From NCBI GenBank assembly GCA_042219045.1, contig JBDGQO010000038.1, forward strand, positions 18,821 to 55,700: 36,880 nucleotides of DNA, in the 5' to 3' direction. Origin of the DNA: Candidatus Bipolaricaulia bacterium. Its GTDB lineage: Bacteria > Bipolaricaulota > Bipolaricaulia > RBG-16-55-9. A program made the position numbers and the translations under genes. The notes under the pieces are model-generated. The model did not search any database and was not told the origin of the DNA. It was given only the letters and a program-made list of their open reading frames with translations. The number at the start of each line of letters is the position of its first letter. Within the stretch, counting starts at the first letter, position 1. Of this stretch, positions 17,919-26,985 are shown piece by piece.

Positions 17919-19421
17919 ATGATACGAGTCGCCATGATCGGCGCCGGGAGTGCCAAGTTCGCCCGCCGACTGACGCGCGACATCCTCTGCGTCCCCGAAC
18001 TGCGCGAGGCGGAGTTCCGCCTGACCGATATTCACGAGGATCGGCTGGAGATCGCCCAGAAGCTGTTGGAACGCGACATCGAGGGCAACGACATGCCGGC
18101 AACGGTCCATGCCACGCTCGACCGCCGCGAAGCGCTTGAAGGTGCCGACTTCGTCATCAACATGATCCGCGCCGGCGGCATTGAAGCCTTCAGGAACAAC
18201 GTCGAGATCCCGCTCAAGTACGGCGTCGACCAGTGCATCGGCGACACGCTCGGCCCCGGCGGGCTGATGTACGGCCAGATGGAGATCCCGCCCACGCTCG
18301 AGTTCTGTTCGGACATGGCCGACGTGGCCAAGCCGGGCGCGATGATGCTCAACTACGCCAACCCGAACGCCATGCTCACCTGGGCCGTGCTGGACGAGAC
18401 CGACGTGCCCTGTGTCGGGCTGTGCCACGGCGTGCAGCACACGGCGGCCCAGTTGGCCGAGGTGCTCGGTGTGCCACCCGAGGAACTGGCGTATTCGGCC
18501 GGCGGCATCAACCACATGACCTGGTTCACCGAGCTTCGGCACCAGGGTCAAGACCTGCTCGATCGGGTGCTGCCTGCTTACGAAAGCCACCCCATTGGTG
18601 AGGACGAAAAGGTCCGCCTCGACTTGTTGCGCCGCACGGGCTACTACGCCACGGAAAGCAGCGGCTTTCTGAGCGAGATGACGCCGTGGTACCGCAAGGG
18701 GCCGGAGACGACGCCGGACTGGGTGACGATGAGCGAAAATCACCATTTGGGCGAGACCGCCGGCGGTCTGCGCTTCAACACCGAGCAGCGCCAGTGGGTC
18801 GACCACGACGCGCCCAATTGGCTGGATCTCCCCGTCGAGCCGATCACCCCCGAGGAGCGCACCGAAGAGCACGCCAGCTACATCATCGAAGCCATGGTGA
18901 CCGGCAAGCCGTACCGCGGCCACTTCAACGCCAAAAACCACGGCACGATCCCCAATATATCGTCAGATGCGGTGGTTGAGGTCCCCGGCTACGCGGACAC
19001 CCACGGGATCAGCATCCCGCGCTATGGCGAGCTGCCGTCGATCTGTGCGGCCATGTGCGAGAGCAATATCCTGGCCCAGCGCCTCGGCGTCGAGGCCGCG
19101 CTCGCGGGCGACGCCCAGCGCTTGAAGCAGGCGTTCATGATGGACCCGCTCACGGGCGCGTCGCTCACCCCGCCAGAGATCTGGCAGATGGTCGACGAGA
19201 TGCTCGTCGCCAACGCCGACTGGCTCCCCCAATACGGGGACGCCATTCAGGCTGCCGACGCCAACTTGACGGACAACCCGCCTCCCGAGCCCGAGGACAT
19301 GTGGCCCGAGACTCGCCGACGGATCAAGTCGCTTGAGGAGATGATCGAGCAGGCGGAGGAGAGCCGCGAGCGGGCCATGGAGATCACCACGGGCAAACAC
19401 CATCGCCACGGGATCCAGTAG
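17919..19421 (+). CDS. Glycoside hydrolase family 4 (NAD+/Mn2+-dependent, MelA-like)
   Basis: IGAGS, GDTLGPGG, NYANP, GLCHG, GINHM, AVVEVP, DPLTGA. Confidence 0.92.
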   Translation: MIRVAMIGAGSAKFARRLTRDILCVPELREAEFRLTDIHEDRLEIAQKLLERDIEGNDMPATVHATLDRREALEGADFVINMIRAGGIEAFRNNVEIPLKYGVDQCIGDTLGPGGLMYGQMEIPPTLEFCSDMADVAKPGAMMLNYANPNAMLTWAVLDETDVPCVGLCHGVQHTAAQLAEVLGVPPEELAYSAGGINHMTWFTELRHQGQDLLDRVLPAYESHPIGEDEKVRLDLLRRTGYYATESSGFLSEMTPWYRKGPETTPDWVTMSENHHLGETAGGLRFNTEQRQWVDHDAPNWLDLPVEPITPEERTEEHASYIIEAMVTGKPYRGHFNAKNHGTIPNISSDAVVEVPGYADTHGISIPRYGELPSICAAMCESNILAQRLGVEAALAGDAQRLKQAFMMDPLTGASLTPPEIWQMVDEMLVANADWLPQYGDAIQAADANLTDNPPPEPEDMWPETRRRIKSLEEMIEQAEESRERAMEITTGKHHRHGIQ

Positions 19422-19432
19422 CCGCGCCCAGG

Positions 19433-20407
19433 TCACACGGCTGCTGCGACCTCAATGTGGCCGTCGTCGTTGACGTCGACGGGCTGCGGATCGGACAGGC
19501 CGCCGACAAACGTCCCGTGATGATCCACCCCGATCCAGTGGAGCAGCGCCCATCGACCCTCGGGATCGCGCACGAGCTTGGCGCCGTAGCGTTCCGCGTC
19601 CAGGCTACCCGCGAGCGGCCGATCGTCAAGCAGTGCGAACGGGCCGAAGGGCGCTTCCGCGGCCGCCGCGAAGGTACCACTGGCCAACGCCTGCGGCCGA
19701 TCGCTCACGCGGGCCCGACGCGGTGACGCATGGAAACGGGCATAGAGGCTGAACAACAGCAGGTGATGCCCATTGACGGCAACCCATTGCGGCACCTCCA
19801 TTTGACCGAACGCGCGCGGCGCGTAGAGCGGGGGCCGGACCTCCCATTCGCGGAGGTCGGTCGATCGGGCCAAGGCGATGCAGCCGCGGCCGTCCTGCGG
19901 CCCCGAGTTTTGGCGAGCCGTGATCGCCGCATAGAACAGATCCTCGGTCGGGCGATAGACGACGTACGGATCGCGCCAGGCCCGCTCGTGATGCGAGGAT
20001 TCGTCCTCAAGCTCGTACCAGCGCGGGTCGGCTTCCAGGACGGGGTTGTCCGGGTGCTTGTGCCAACGATGGAGGTCGTTGGAGGAGGCCAGCCCGATCC
20101 GCTGGATGACGTTGGCTCCGTCCAACTGGATGGCCGTGTAGAGCATGTGGAACTGGTCCCCATGGGCAATAACGCTGCCGGTCCAGATGGCGGCCTCGTC
20201 CCAGGCGCCCGTTGGCCCGGGCTCGAGGACGACGCCCTCGTCGCGCCAGTTGACGAGATCGCGCGAGGTGGCGTGCCCGACGCGGGCGACGAAGTGGCGT
20301 TGCTCAGGCTCGACGTCTCGTGGGGCGCGCAGATAAAACAGATGATAGAGCTCATCATTGCGAAGCAGCCAGAAGTCCCAGAGGTAGTGATCGGTCGGCA
20401 CGTACAT
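19433..20407 (-). CDS. GH32/GH68-clan five-bladed beta-propeller glycosidase (beta-fructosidase-like)
   Basis: LWDFW nucleophile region, HATSRDL, WTGS, WRDP, QMEVPQ acid/base region. Confidence 0.82.
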   Translation of the reverse strand: MYVPTDHYLWDFWLLRNDELYHLFYLRAPRDVEPEQRHFVARVGHATSRDLVNWRDEGVVLEPGPTGAWDEAAIWTGSVIAHGDQFHMLYTAIQLDGANVIQRIGLASSNDLHRWHKHPDNPVLEADPRWYELEDESSHHERAWRDPYVVYRPTEDLFYAAITARQNSGPQDGRGCIALARSTDLREWEVRPPLYAPRAFGQMEVPQWVAVNGHHLLLFSLYARFHASPRRARVSDRPQALASGTFAAAAEAPFGPFALLDDRPLAGSLDAERYGAKLVRDPEGRWALLHWIGVDHHGTFVGGLSDPQPVDVNDDGHIEVAAAV

Positions 20408-20495
20408 GGAGTGGATTCCGATTCGAGAATGAGCTCAGCCTAAGCCATCGCCCAAGTCCGAGCAACCCCAAACCGCCTGACAGGAGGAGGGAATT

Positions 20496-22001
20496 ATGCG
20501 CATCATCCATATCGACATCGACAGCCTGCGACCCGATCATTTGGGTTGCTACGGTTACCACCGCAATACGAGCCCTACCATCGACCAGCTAGCACAGGAA
20601 GGGGCCCGCTTTGAGCACGTCTACACGAGCGACGCGCCGTGTCTTCCCTCGCGGACTGCCATGTGGAGCGGGCGATTCGGGATTCATACGGGCGTCGTCG
20701 GCCACGGCGGCTCGGCCGCGACGCCGTTCATTGAGGGTCCGTCGCGCGGCTTCGTCGATCAGTTTGCGCAAACGGGCTGGATGGCGTGTTTGCGCCAAGC
20801 CGGATTGCACACCGCCACGATCAGCTCCTTCGGCGAGCGCCACGCGGCCTGGCACTGGCATGCCGGCTTCAACGAGATCATCAACACGGGCCGTGCGGGC
20901 ATGGACACGGCCGACGAAGTCGTCGACGAAGCGCTCTGTTGGCTCGACCGTCGATCCGACGATGACGATTGGTACCTCCATCTCAACCTCTGGGACCCGC
21001 ACACGCCCTATCAAACCTCCGAATCGTTCGGGAATCCCTTCGCCAACGACCCGCTGCCGGACTGGCTGACCGAGGACGTCTGGCGGGCATGCTGGAACGG
21101 CTACGGCCCGCACAGTCCGCAGGAGCCGCACGGCTTCCGCGACGAGGCCTGGCTGCACGAGCCCTATCCGTGGGTCCCGGCCCAGATCGACGGCATGGAC
21201 GCCGTGCGCCAGTGGATCGACGGCTACGACACGGGAATTCGCTATGCGGACGAGCAGATCAGGCGGTTGCTGGATGACCTCGATCGGCGCGGGTTGCTCG
21301 ATGACACGGCGATCATGGTCACGGCCGATCATGGGGAGAATCTCGGCGAGCTGAACGTCTGGGGCGACCACCAGACCGCCGACGCCCTGACGTGCCGGGT
21401 GCCGCTGGTCGTCCGCTGGCCCGGCGGCCCACAGGGACATGTCGACCGCGGATACCACTATCTCGTCGATTGGGCGGCCACGACCGCCAAGTTGCTGGGC
21501 AACGACATCCCGGAAAACTGGGACGGCCAGAGCTTTGCGGATGCATTCACGAGGGCTGAAGAATCGGGCCGTGAGTACCTCGTGAGCGGCCAAGGGGCGT
21601 GGGCCTGCCAGCGCGGCGTTCGGTTCCATCGAGACGGAACTGAATGGCTCTGCATCCAGAGCCATCATGACGGCTACAAGATGCTTGAGCCGATTATGCT
21701 GTTCGATCTGAATAGCGACCCGCACGAACACTCGAATCGAGCGGACGATCGTCCGGAGGTAGCGGATCGCGGCTTAGCGTTGCTCGCCCAATGGCAGCGC
21801 GAGATGGCCCGAACGAGCCCGTCCAACGTCGATCCGATGTGGACGGTGCTGCGCGAGGGCGGGCCCTTCCACACGCGCGGGGAATTGCCCGATTACCTTG
21901 AACGGCTTCGTGCCACGGGGCGAGGTGCTCACGCGGAGACGCTCGCAGCGCGTCACCCGGCCGAAGCGGAAGGGGGCGGCGCCCCGTGGATTACCCCTTG
22001 A
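20496..22001 (+). CDS. Formylglycine-dependent (Cys-type) sulfatase, cytoplasmic
   Basis: IDIDSLRPDHLGCYG, CLPSR (CxPxR), DPHTPY, TADHGE; no signal peptide. Confidence 0.9.
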   Translation: MRIIHIDIDSLRPDHLGCYGYHRNTSPTIDQLAQEGARFEHVYTSDAPCLPSRTAMWSGRFGIHTGVVGHGGSAATPFIEGPSRGFVDQFAQTGWMACLRQAGLHTATISSFGERHAAWHWHAGFNEIINTGRAGMDTADEVVDEALCWLDRRSDDDDWYLHLNLWDPHTPYQTSESFGNPFANDPLPDWLTEDVWRACWNGYGPHSPQEPHGFRDEAWLHEPYPWVPAQIDGMDAVRQWIDGYDTGIRYADEQIRRLLDDLDRRGLLDDTAIMVTADHGENLGELNVWGDHQTADALTCRVPLVVRWPGGPQGHVDRGYHYLVDWAATTAKLLGNDIPENWDGQSFADAFTRAEESGREYLVSGQGAWACQRGVRFHRDGTEWLCIQSHHDGYKMLEPIMLFDLNSDPHEHSNRADDRPEVADRGLALLAQWQREMARTSPSNVDPMWTVLREGGPFHTRGELPDYLERLRATGRGAHAETLAARHPAEAEGGGAPWITP

Positions 22002-22857
22002 CGGACCCGCCGAGCAGGCCGCGGACGAAGTAGCGCTGCAGGCTGAAGAAGATGATCATCGGCACGATGATCAAGAAGAATGCGGCCGCCGTGAGGTTGT
22101 GCCAGTCTTGGCCCATCTGACCGATCTGGGTGACGACGACGTTCAGCGGGGCTTTGGGCGAGCCCGGCTGAATGAAGATCAACGTCACCAGCAGGCTGTT
22201 CCACACCCAGATGAACTGGAAGATGGCGATCGAGGCCATGCCGGGTAGCGCCAACGGAAAGACGATGCGCCAGAAGGCCTGCCAGGTGTTGGCGCCGTCG
22301 ATCGCCGCCGATTCAAACAGCTCTTTAGGCAGTTCAAGCATGAAACTGAACAGAAGAAAAACGGCCAACGGCAGCCCGTAGCCGGTATGGGCCATAAAGA
22401 GACCGGGAATCGAGCCGGTCAACTGAATGGGAAGTGCATCCTCGATACCGAGGTAGGCACGAAGAATCGGCACAAAGGTGATGTGGAGCGGGATCACAAG
22501 CATGACCACCATGAACACGAGCGCCAGCCGTCGGCCCGGGAATTTCATCCAGGCGAGCGCATACGCTGCCATGGAGCCAATCAAAATGGGCAAAACCGTT
22601 GCTGGAACCGATATTTGGACACTGTTCCAGAAATGTTGGATGAGGTTTTCATCCTCAATGATATTGAAGTAGTTTTCTAGCGTAAATTGGCTGACGTTCC
22701 AGAAGTCCGTCAAGACCGTCCACCAGCCGGAATTCGTCACAACCGACGGTTCGCGGAACGACGTGATGAAAAGACCGAGCGTCGGCAAGAAGAAGATGGC
22801 TGTGATGAGCAGAAGCCCGCCATGGAGCATCGATCGCACGAGGATGCGTTTCGCCAT
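21991..22857 (-). CDS. Carbohydrate ABC transporter permease (AglG/MalG-like)
   Basis: Six TM segments; EAA motif ELFESAAIDGA; FIWVWN; QRYFVRGLLGGSVKG. Confidence 0.92.
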   Translation of the reverse strand: MAKRILVRSMLHGGLLLITAIFFLPTLGLFITSFREPSVVTNSGWWTVLTDFWNVSQFTLENYFNIIEDENLIQHFWNSVQISVPATVLPILIGSMAAYALAWMKFPGRRLALVFMVVMLVIPLHITFVPILRAYLGIEDALPIQLTGSIPGLFMAHTGYGLPLAVFLLFSFMLELPKELFESAAIDGANTWQAFWRIVFPLALPGMASIAIFQFIWVWNSLLVTLIFIQPGSPKAPLNVVVTQIGQMGQDWHNLTAAAFFLIIVPMIIFFSLQRYFVRGLLGGSVKG

Positions 22858-22859
22858 GG

Positions 22860-23750
22860 CTAAATGACACCTCGGCGGCGGTAATCCCAAATGTTGTAGA
22901 TGATGAAGGGCAAGACGGCTATCAATAGAACGACGGCAATCGCTGAGGCACGGCCCCAATGCTGGAACGTCCAGATGTATTCGTATATATCAAGTGCCAA
23001 GAGTTCAGTTCCGAAGTTGCCGCCGGTCATCACGTAGACCTCGTCGAACAGCTTGAGCGCGAAGGTGACCATGGCCACCGTGATGGTGGTCAAGGGAATC
23101 CGCATCATGGGAATCGTGATGCGCCAGAAGATCTGCCATTCGTTGGCGCCGTCAATGCGAGCCGACTCGCGCAACTCACGAGGCTGGGATTTGTACGATG
23201 CCGAGCAATAGACCATGGAAAAGCCCGTCCAAATCCAGACCGCCACGATGATGATCATGATGTCGTTGAGCGACCAACTGGGAATGGGGAAGACGCTCAT
23301 CTGGTTGATGGTCCAGGCGATCGGGTCACCGCCGAGCGACGTGACAATCGCGTTGAGCAACCCGACTTGCTCCTCGCCCTTGGGGGCATAGGCGTAGACG
23401 AACTTCCAAGCGATGCCGCCGCCGACGGCGGCGATGCCCATAGGCATGAAAATCAGGGCTTTCGATACTTTCTCATACGGCACGCGATCCAGCAAAACAG
23501 CGATCGCAAGCCCCAAAAAGACAACGCCGAATACAAATAATATTAACCATAGAACATTATTATAAAGCGTCTCAAGCGTATCTGGATTGTTGAAAAACCA
23601 TACATAATTGGCTAAACCGACAAATTCTTTCGAATATCTATCCATAAAGCTATAGACAAAGTTTGTCGCCATTGGGTAGACGAGATAGAGCCCCATGAGC
23701 AGCAAGGCCGGGGCCATGTAGAGCCAGGGAACCCAAGGGCGGATGCGCAT
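22860..23750 (-). CDS. Carbohydrate ABC transporter permease (AglF/MalF-like)
   Basis: AAGGAGG RBS; FVGLANY, FMPMGI, WIWTGF, ELRESARIDGA, VYVMTGG. Confidence 0.92.
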   Translation of the reverse strand: MRIRPWVPWLYMAPALLLMGLYLVYPMATNFVYSFMDRYSKEFVGLANYVWFFNNPDTLETLYNNVLWLILFVFGVVFLGLAIAVLLDRVPYEKVSKALIFMPMGIAAVGGGIAWKFVYAYAPKGEEQVGLLNAIVTSLGGDPIAWTINQMSVFPIPSWSLNDIMIIIVAVWIWTGFSMVYCSASYKSQPRELRESARIDGANEWQIFWRITIPMMRIPLTTITVAMVTFALKLFDEVYVMTGGNFGTELLALDIYEYIWTFQHWGRASAIAVVLLIAVLPFIIYNIWDYRRRGVI

Positions 23751-23788
23751 GGTCGACCTCCTTGATCCAAAGACGGTTTTGAGAGTGA

Positions 23789-23822
23789 GGCAAAGGGCCA
23801 ACCTAACGGCTGGCCCCTTGCC
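23789..23822 (-). terminator. Intergenic stem-loop after the binding-protein gene (mRNA stabiliser or partial terminator)
   Basis: - strand GGCAAGGGGCCA / TGGCCCTTTGCC forms a 12-bp stem with one G-U pair. Confidence 0.6.
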
Positions 23823-23853
23823 CGATCAACGATGCTTTTGTGCTCGACGGGCC

Positions 23854-25152
23854 TTACTGCGTGGCCGCCTCGAAGTCCTCGTCGAGTTTCTTCAGGACCG
23901 GTTCGAGCTCGGCCCCCTGGACGAGGTCTAGGATGGCGGTCCAGAAGCTGCCAGAGCCGACCTGTGTCGGCATCGAGTCCGAGCCATCGAAGCGGAAGAC
24001 GGCGTCACCGCCCTCGATGGACTGGGCCGCTTGCCGTGCCACCGGGTTCGGATAGTTCTCTTCGTTGATCTTGACGTTGTTGTTACGTGCGACGTTGTTG
24101 TTGGTCTTGGCAAAGTCGACCTGGAATTCCGGCGTGGCGGCGTAGCGCATCAGCTCGGTTGAGCCCTCCGATTGGTTCAGCATGCCCATGAGCACGCCGG
24201 CACCCATGACGGTGTTGGAGTACTCGGGATTGATCGTGGGGAAGTCGAAGAAGTCGATGTTCTCGCCGAACTTGACGCCCTCGTTGTTGTCCTTGACGAA
24301 AGAGAGAATGAACGTGGCCTGCTTGAACATGAAGCAGTTGGGGGCTTCTTCACCCTCATCCGGGAAGATGCCGTTGCCGACCTCGCCGAACGGCGTGGAT
24401 ACGGCGTTGGTCGGGCCGCCGAAGGTGTAGCCCTCGGTCCGGACGACGTTGAGATACATCTGGAAGGCTTCCTTGATGCGCGGGTCGCTGAAATTGACCT
24501 CGCCGTTGACCCACTTGTCGTAGACCTTGGGCCCTTCCTTGTGCAGAACGATGTCCTCAATGAAGTCCGTGCCGGGCCAACCGCTGGCCGAGCCGCTCTC
24601 GAGAGCGTGGCACCATGGCGTCATGCCGTCCGCGACGATCTGGTCCGACAGCGCGATCAGCTCGTCCCAGGTCTTGGGGATCTCGTAGCCGAACTTGTCG
24701 AACATCTTCGGGTTGTACCAGATCGCACTCTTCAAGCTGCTGCGGATCGGCAAGGCGTGTTGGGTGCCGTCGGCCGACTGACCCAAGGCCAGCTCAGCCT
24801 CCGAGAACTTGTTGTTCAGCTCTTCCTGGCTGAAGACGCCGGATTCAACCAAGGGCACGCCGGCGTCGTTCGCGACCAAGTTCGAGATCAAGCCGGGTTG
24901 AGGGGTGACATAGAGGTCCGGAGGATTGCCGGCTCGTACGCGCTGGACCACGACGCTGCCGAGGCTCTCCACGTCGCTGGCGCTGTAGTTGATCTGGGCC
25001 GCATCGGCAAAGTCCGCGACGGCTTGATCGTAGTTCTCGGCTGCGTTGAACCCGCCGAGAACCTGTACCGTGTCTTGAGCAATCGGCGTCACTGCCAACC
25101 CCACCATGAGCGCCAAGGCGAGGCCGAAACTGACGAAGCGTTTAAACTGCAT
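23854..25152 (-). CDS. ABC transporter substrate-binding protein, alpha-glucoside/glucosylglycerol (AglE/GgtB) type
   Basis: Signal peptide; GNPPD...PQPG, KSAIWY, WCHALESGSASGWPGTDFIED, RFDGSDSMP...VG..SFW. Confidence 0.88.
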   Translation of the reverse strand: MQFKRFVSFGLALALMVGLAVTPIAQDTVQVLGGFNAAENYDQAVADFADAAQINYSASDVESLGSVVVQRVRAGNPPDLYVTPQPGLISNLVANDAGVPLVESGVFSQEELNNKFSEAELALGQSADGTQHALPIRSSLKSAIWYNPKMFDKFGYEIPKTWDELIALSDQIVADGMTPWCHALESGSASGWPGTDFIEDIVLHKEGPKVYDKWVNGEVNFSDPRIKEAFQMYLNVVRTEGYTFGGPTNAVSTPFGEVGNGIFPDEGEEAPNCFMFKQATFILSFVKDNNEGVKFGENIDFFDFPTINPEYSNTVMGAGVLMGMLNQSEGSTELMRYAATPEFQVDFAKTNNNVARNNNVKINEENYPNPVARQAAQSIEGGDAVFRFDGSDSMPTQVGSGSFWTAILDLVQGAELEPVLKKLDEDFEAATQ

Positions 25153-25335
25153 GAAACTCCCTCCTTGAGAGATCTCCGTGACGGCCGATCAGCGATCGAC
25201 CTGTCGGTTGAGGTGAACGTGATGGTTTGTAGGCTTGTCGGAGTGAGTCCTGGGTCGGATCCCTCCTTTCACCGTTTTGTGGGCCTTTTTGACCGCATTT
25301 GCTCGTTGGCAAAATCCGGTGCCTCCCCGACCCGT

Positions 25336-25388
25336 ACCATAAAGGCACGACAATCCCAATTTCAAATTTTAAATTTATCCGTTAGGAT
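25336..25388. promoter_or_regulatory. Divergent promoters for the ABC operon and glpK with 7-bp AT-rich repeats
   Basis: + strand TTTCAA(25360)-17-TAGGAT(25383); - strand TTGAAA-18-TATGGT(25341); repeats CAATTTC AAATTTT AAATTTA. Confidence 0.55.
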
Positions 25389-25485
25389 GGGGGTGGCATG
25401 GCTTCGGCTCAATGCCCGGCCGATGTGTCATGGCGTGGGCCAACTAACGCCAACCCCGTGAAGGAGTGACTGAGGAGGCATCCCC

Positions 25486-26985
25486 ATGCGACGCATTCTG
25501 GCCTTGGATCAGGGGACCACAAGCTCGCGAGCTATCCTCTTTGATGAAGCAGGCACCGTCCAGGCGCTCGCTCAACGGGAGTTCGAGCAGATTTATCCGT
25601 CGCCGGGGTGGATCGAGCACGATCCCCACGACATCTGGACCTCGCAGTTGGACGTTGCGAAGGAAGCGCTCCGTCAATCGGGGCTGTCTGCTCGCGATAT
25701 TGCGGCCATCGGCATCACCAACCAACGGGAGACGACGCTCATCTGGGATCGTGCGACGGGCGAGCCGATCCATAACGCCATTGTATGGCAGGACCGGCGG
25801 ACCGCTGACATCTGCCAGCGGCTTCGAGCCGACGGGCTCGAGCCGACGTTCCAAGCCAAGACGGGCCTGGTGCTCGATCCCTACTTCGCCGGCACCAAGA
25901 TCCGCTGGCTGCTCGATCACGTAGACGGGGCACAGGAACGCGCCGAGGCGGGCGAGCTTGCCTTCGGCACCGTCGACAGTTGGCTGGTTTGGAAGCTCAC
26001 CGAGGGACGGCACCACCTGACCGACGTCACGAACGCCTCGCGGACGCTCTTGTTCAACCTATCAACGGGCGACTGGGACGACGAGCTACTGGACGTATTG
26101 AACGTGCCGCGGGCACTGCTGCCCGAGGTGCGCCCCTCGAGCGAGGTTTACGGCGAGACCGCCATTGTGGATTTCGACCCCTCGATCCCGATTGCCGGCA
26201 TGGCGGGGGACCAACAGGCCGCGCTCTTCGGCGAGGTCTGCACGGAGCCGGGCATGGCGAAGAACACCTACGGCACGGGCTGTTTTCTGCTCATGAACAC
26301 GGGAACCGAACCGCCGACCTCCACAAATCAACTGCTCAGCACCGCCGCCTGGGGCCTGGGGAGCCGCACCGAATACGCGCTGGAGGGCAGCATCTTCGTC
26401 GCCGGGGCCGTCGTCCAGTGGCTGCGTGACGGCCTCGGTTTCATTCAGGACGCGGCGGAAGTGGAACCCTTGGCGCAGGAGGTCAACGACAACGGCGGCG
26501 TCTATCTCGTGCCGGCGTTTGCCGGCCTCGGCGCGCCCCATTGGGACCCGGACGCGCGTGGCCTCATCGCCGGCCTGAGCCGCGACACGACGCGAGCCCA
26601 TTTGGCGCGTGCCGCGCTGGAGAGCATCGCCTATCAGGTCGCCGACGTCGCCGAGGCGATGAACGCGGACGCCGACGTCCCGCTGCGCGAGCTGCGCGTT
26701 GACGGCGGCGCCGCGGCCAACGACTTTCTCATGCAATTTCAGGCGGATCTTCTCGGCGTGCCCGTGGTGCGGCCCCAGGTCTTTGAGACGACGGCGTTGG
26801 GTGCCGCCTATCTCGCCGGCCTCGCGGTCGGCTATTGGGATTCCACGGCCCAAATCGCCGATAATTGGCGCGTCGACCGCAGCTTTGAGCCGCAGATGGC
26901 CGAGGATCGCGTCGCTAAACTGCGGGCCGGATGGCAGCGCGCGCTGGAGCGCTCGCGCGGCTGGGCGCGCGACGTCCCGGGTTGA
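25486..26985 (+). CDS. glpK: Glycerol kinase
   Basis: [56 protein letters not shown]. Confidence 0.97.
   Translation: MRRILALDQGTTSSRAILFDEAGTVQALAQREFEQIYPSPGWIEHDPHDIWTSQLDVAKEALRQSGLSARDIAAIGITNQRETTLIWDRATGEPIHNAIVWQDRRTADICQRLRADGLEPTFQAKTGLVLDPYFAGTKIRWLLDHVDGAQERAEAGELAFGTVDSWLVWKLTEGRHHLTDVTNASRTLLFNLSTGDWDDELLDVLNVPRALLPEVRPSSEVYGETAIVDFDPSIPIAGMAGDQQAALFGEVCTEPGMAKNTYGTGCFLLMNTGTEPPTSTNQLLSTAAWGLGSRTEYALEGSIFVAGAVVQWLRDGLGFIQDAAEVEPLAQEVNDNGGVYLVPAFAGLGAPHWDPDARGLIAGLSRDTTRAHLARAALESIAYQVADVAEAMNADADVPLRELRVDGGAAANDFLMQFQADLLGVPVVRPQVFETTALGAAYLAGLAVGYWDSTAQIADNWRVDRSFEPQMAEDRVAKLRAGWQRALERSRGWARDVPG

Noticed and set aside
25261..25270. SD-like GAAAGGAGGG in the binding-protein leader as a leader-peptide start
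   Set aside because: No start codon lies at a suitable spacing.
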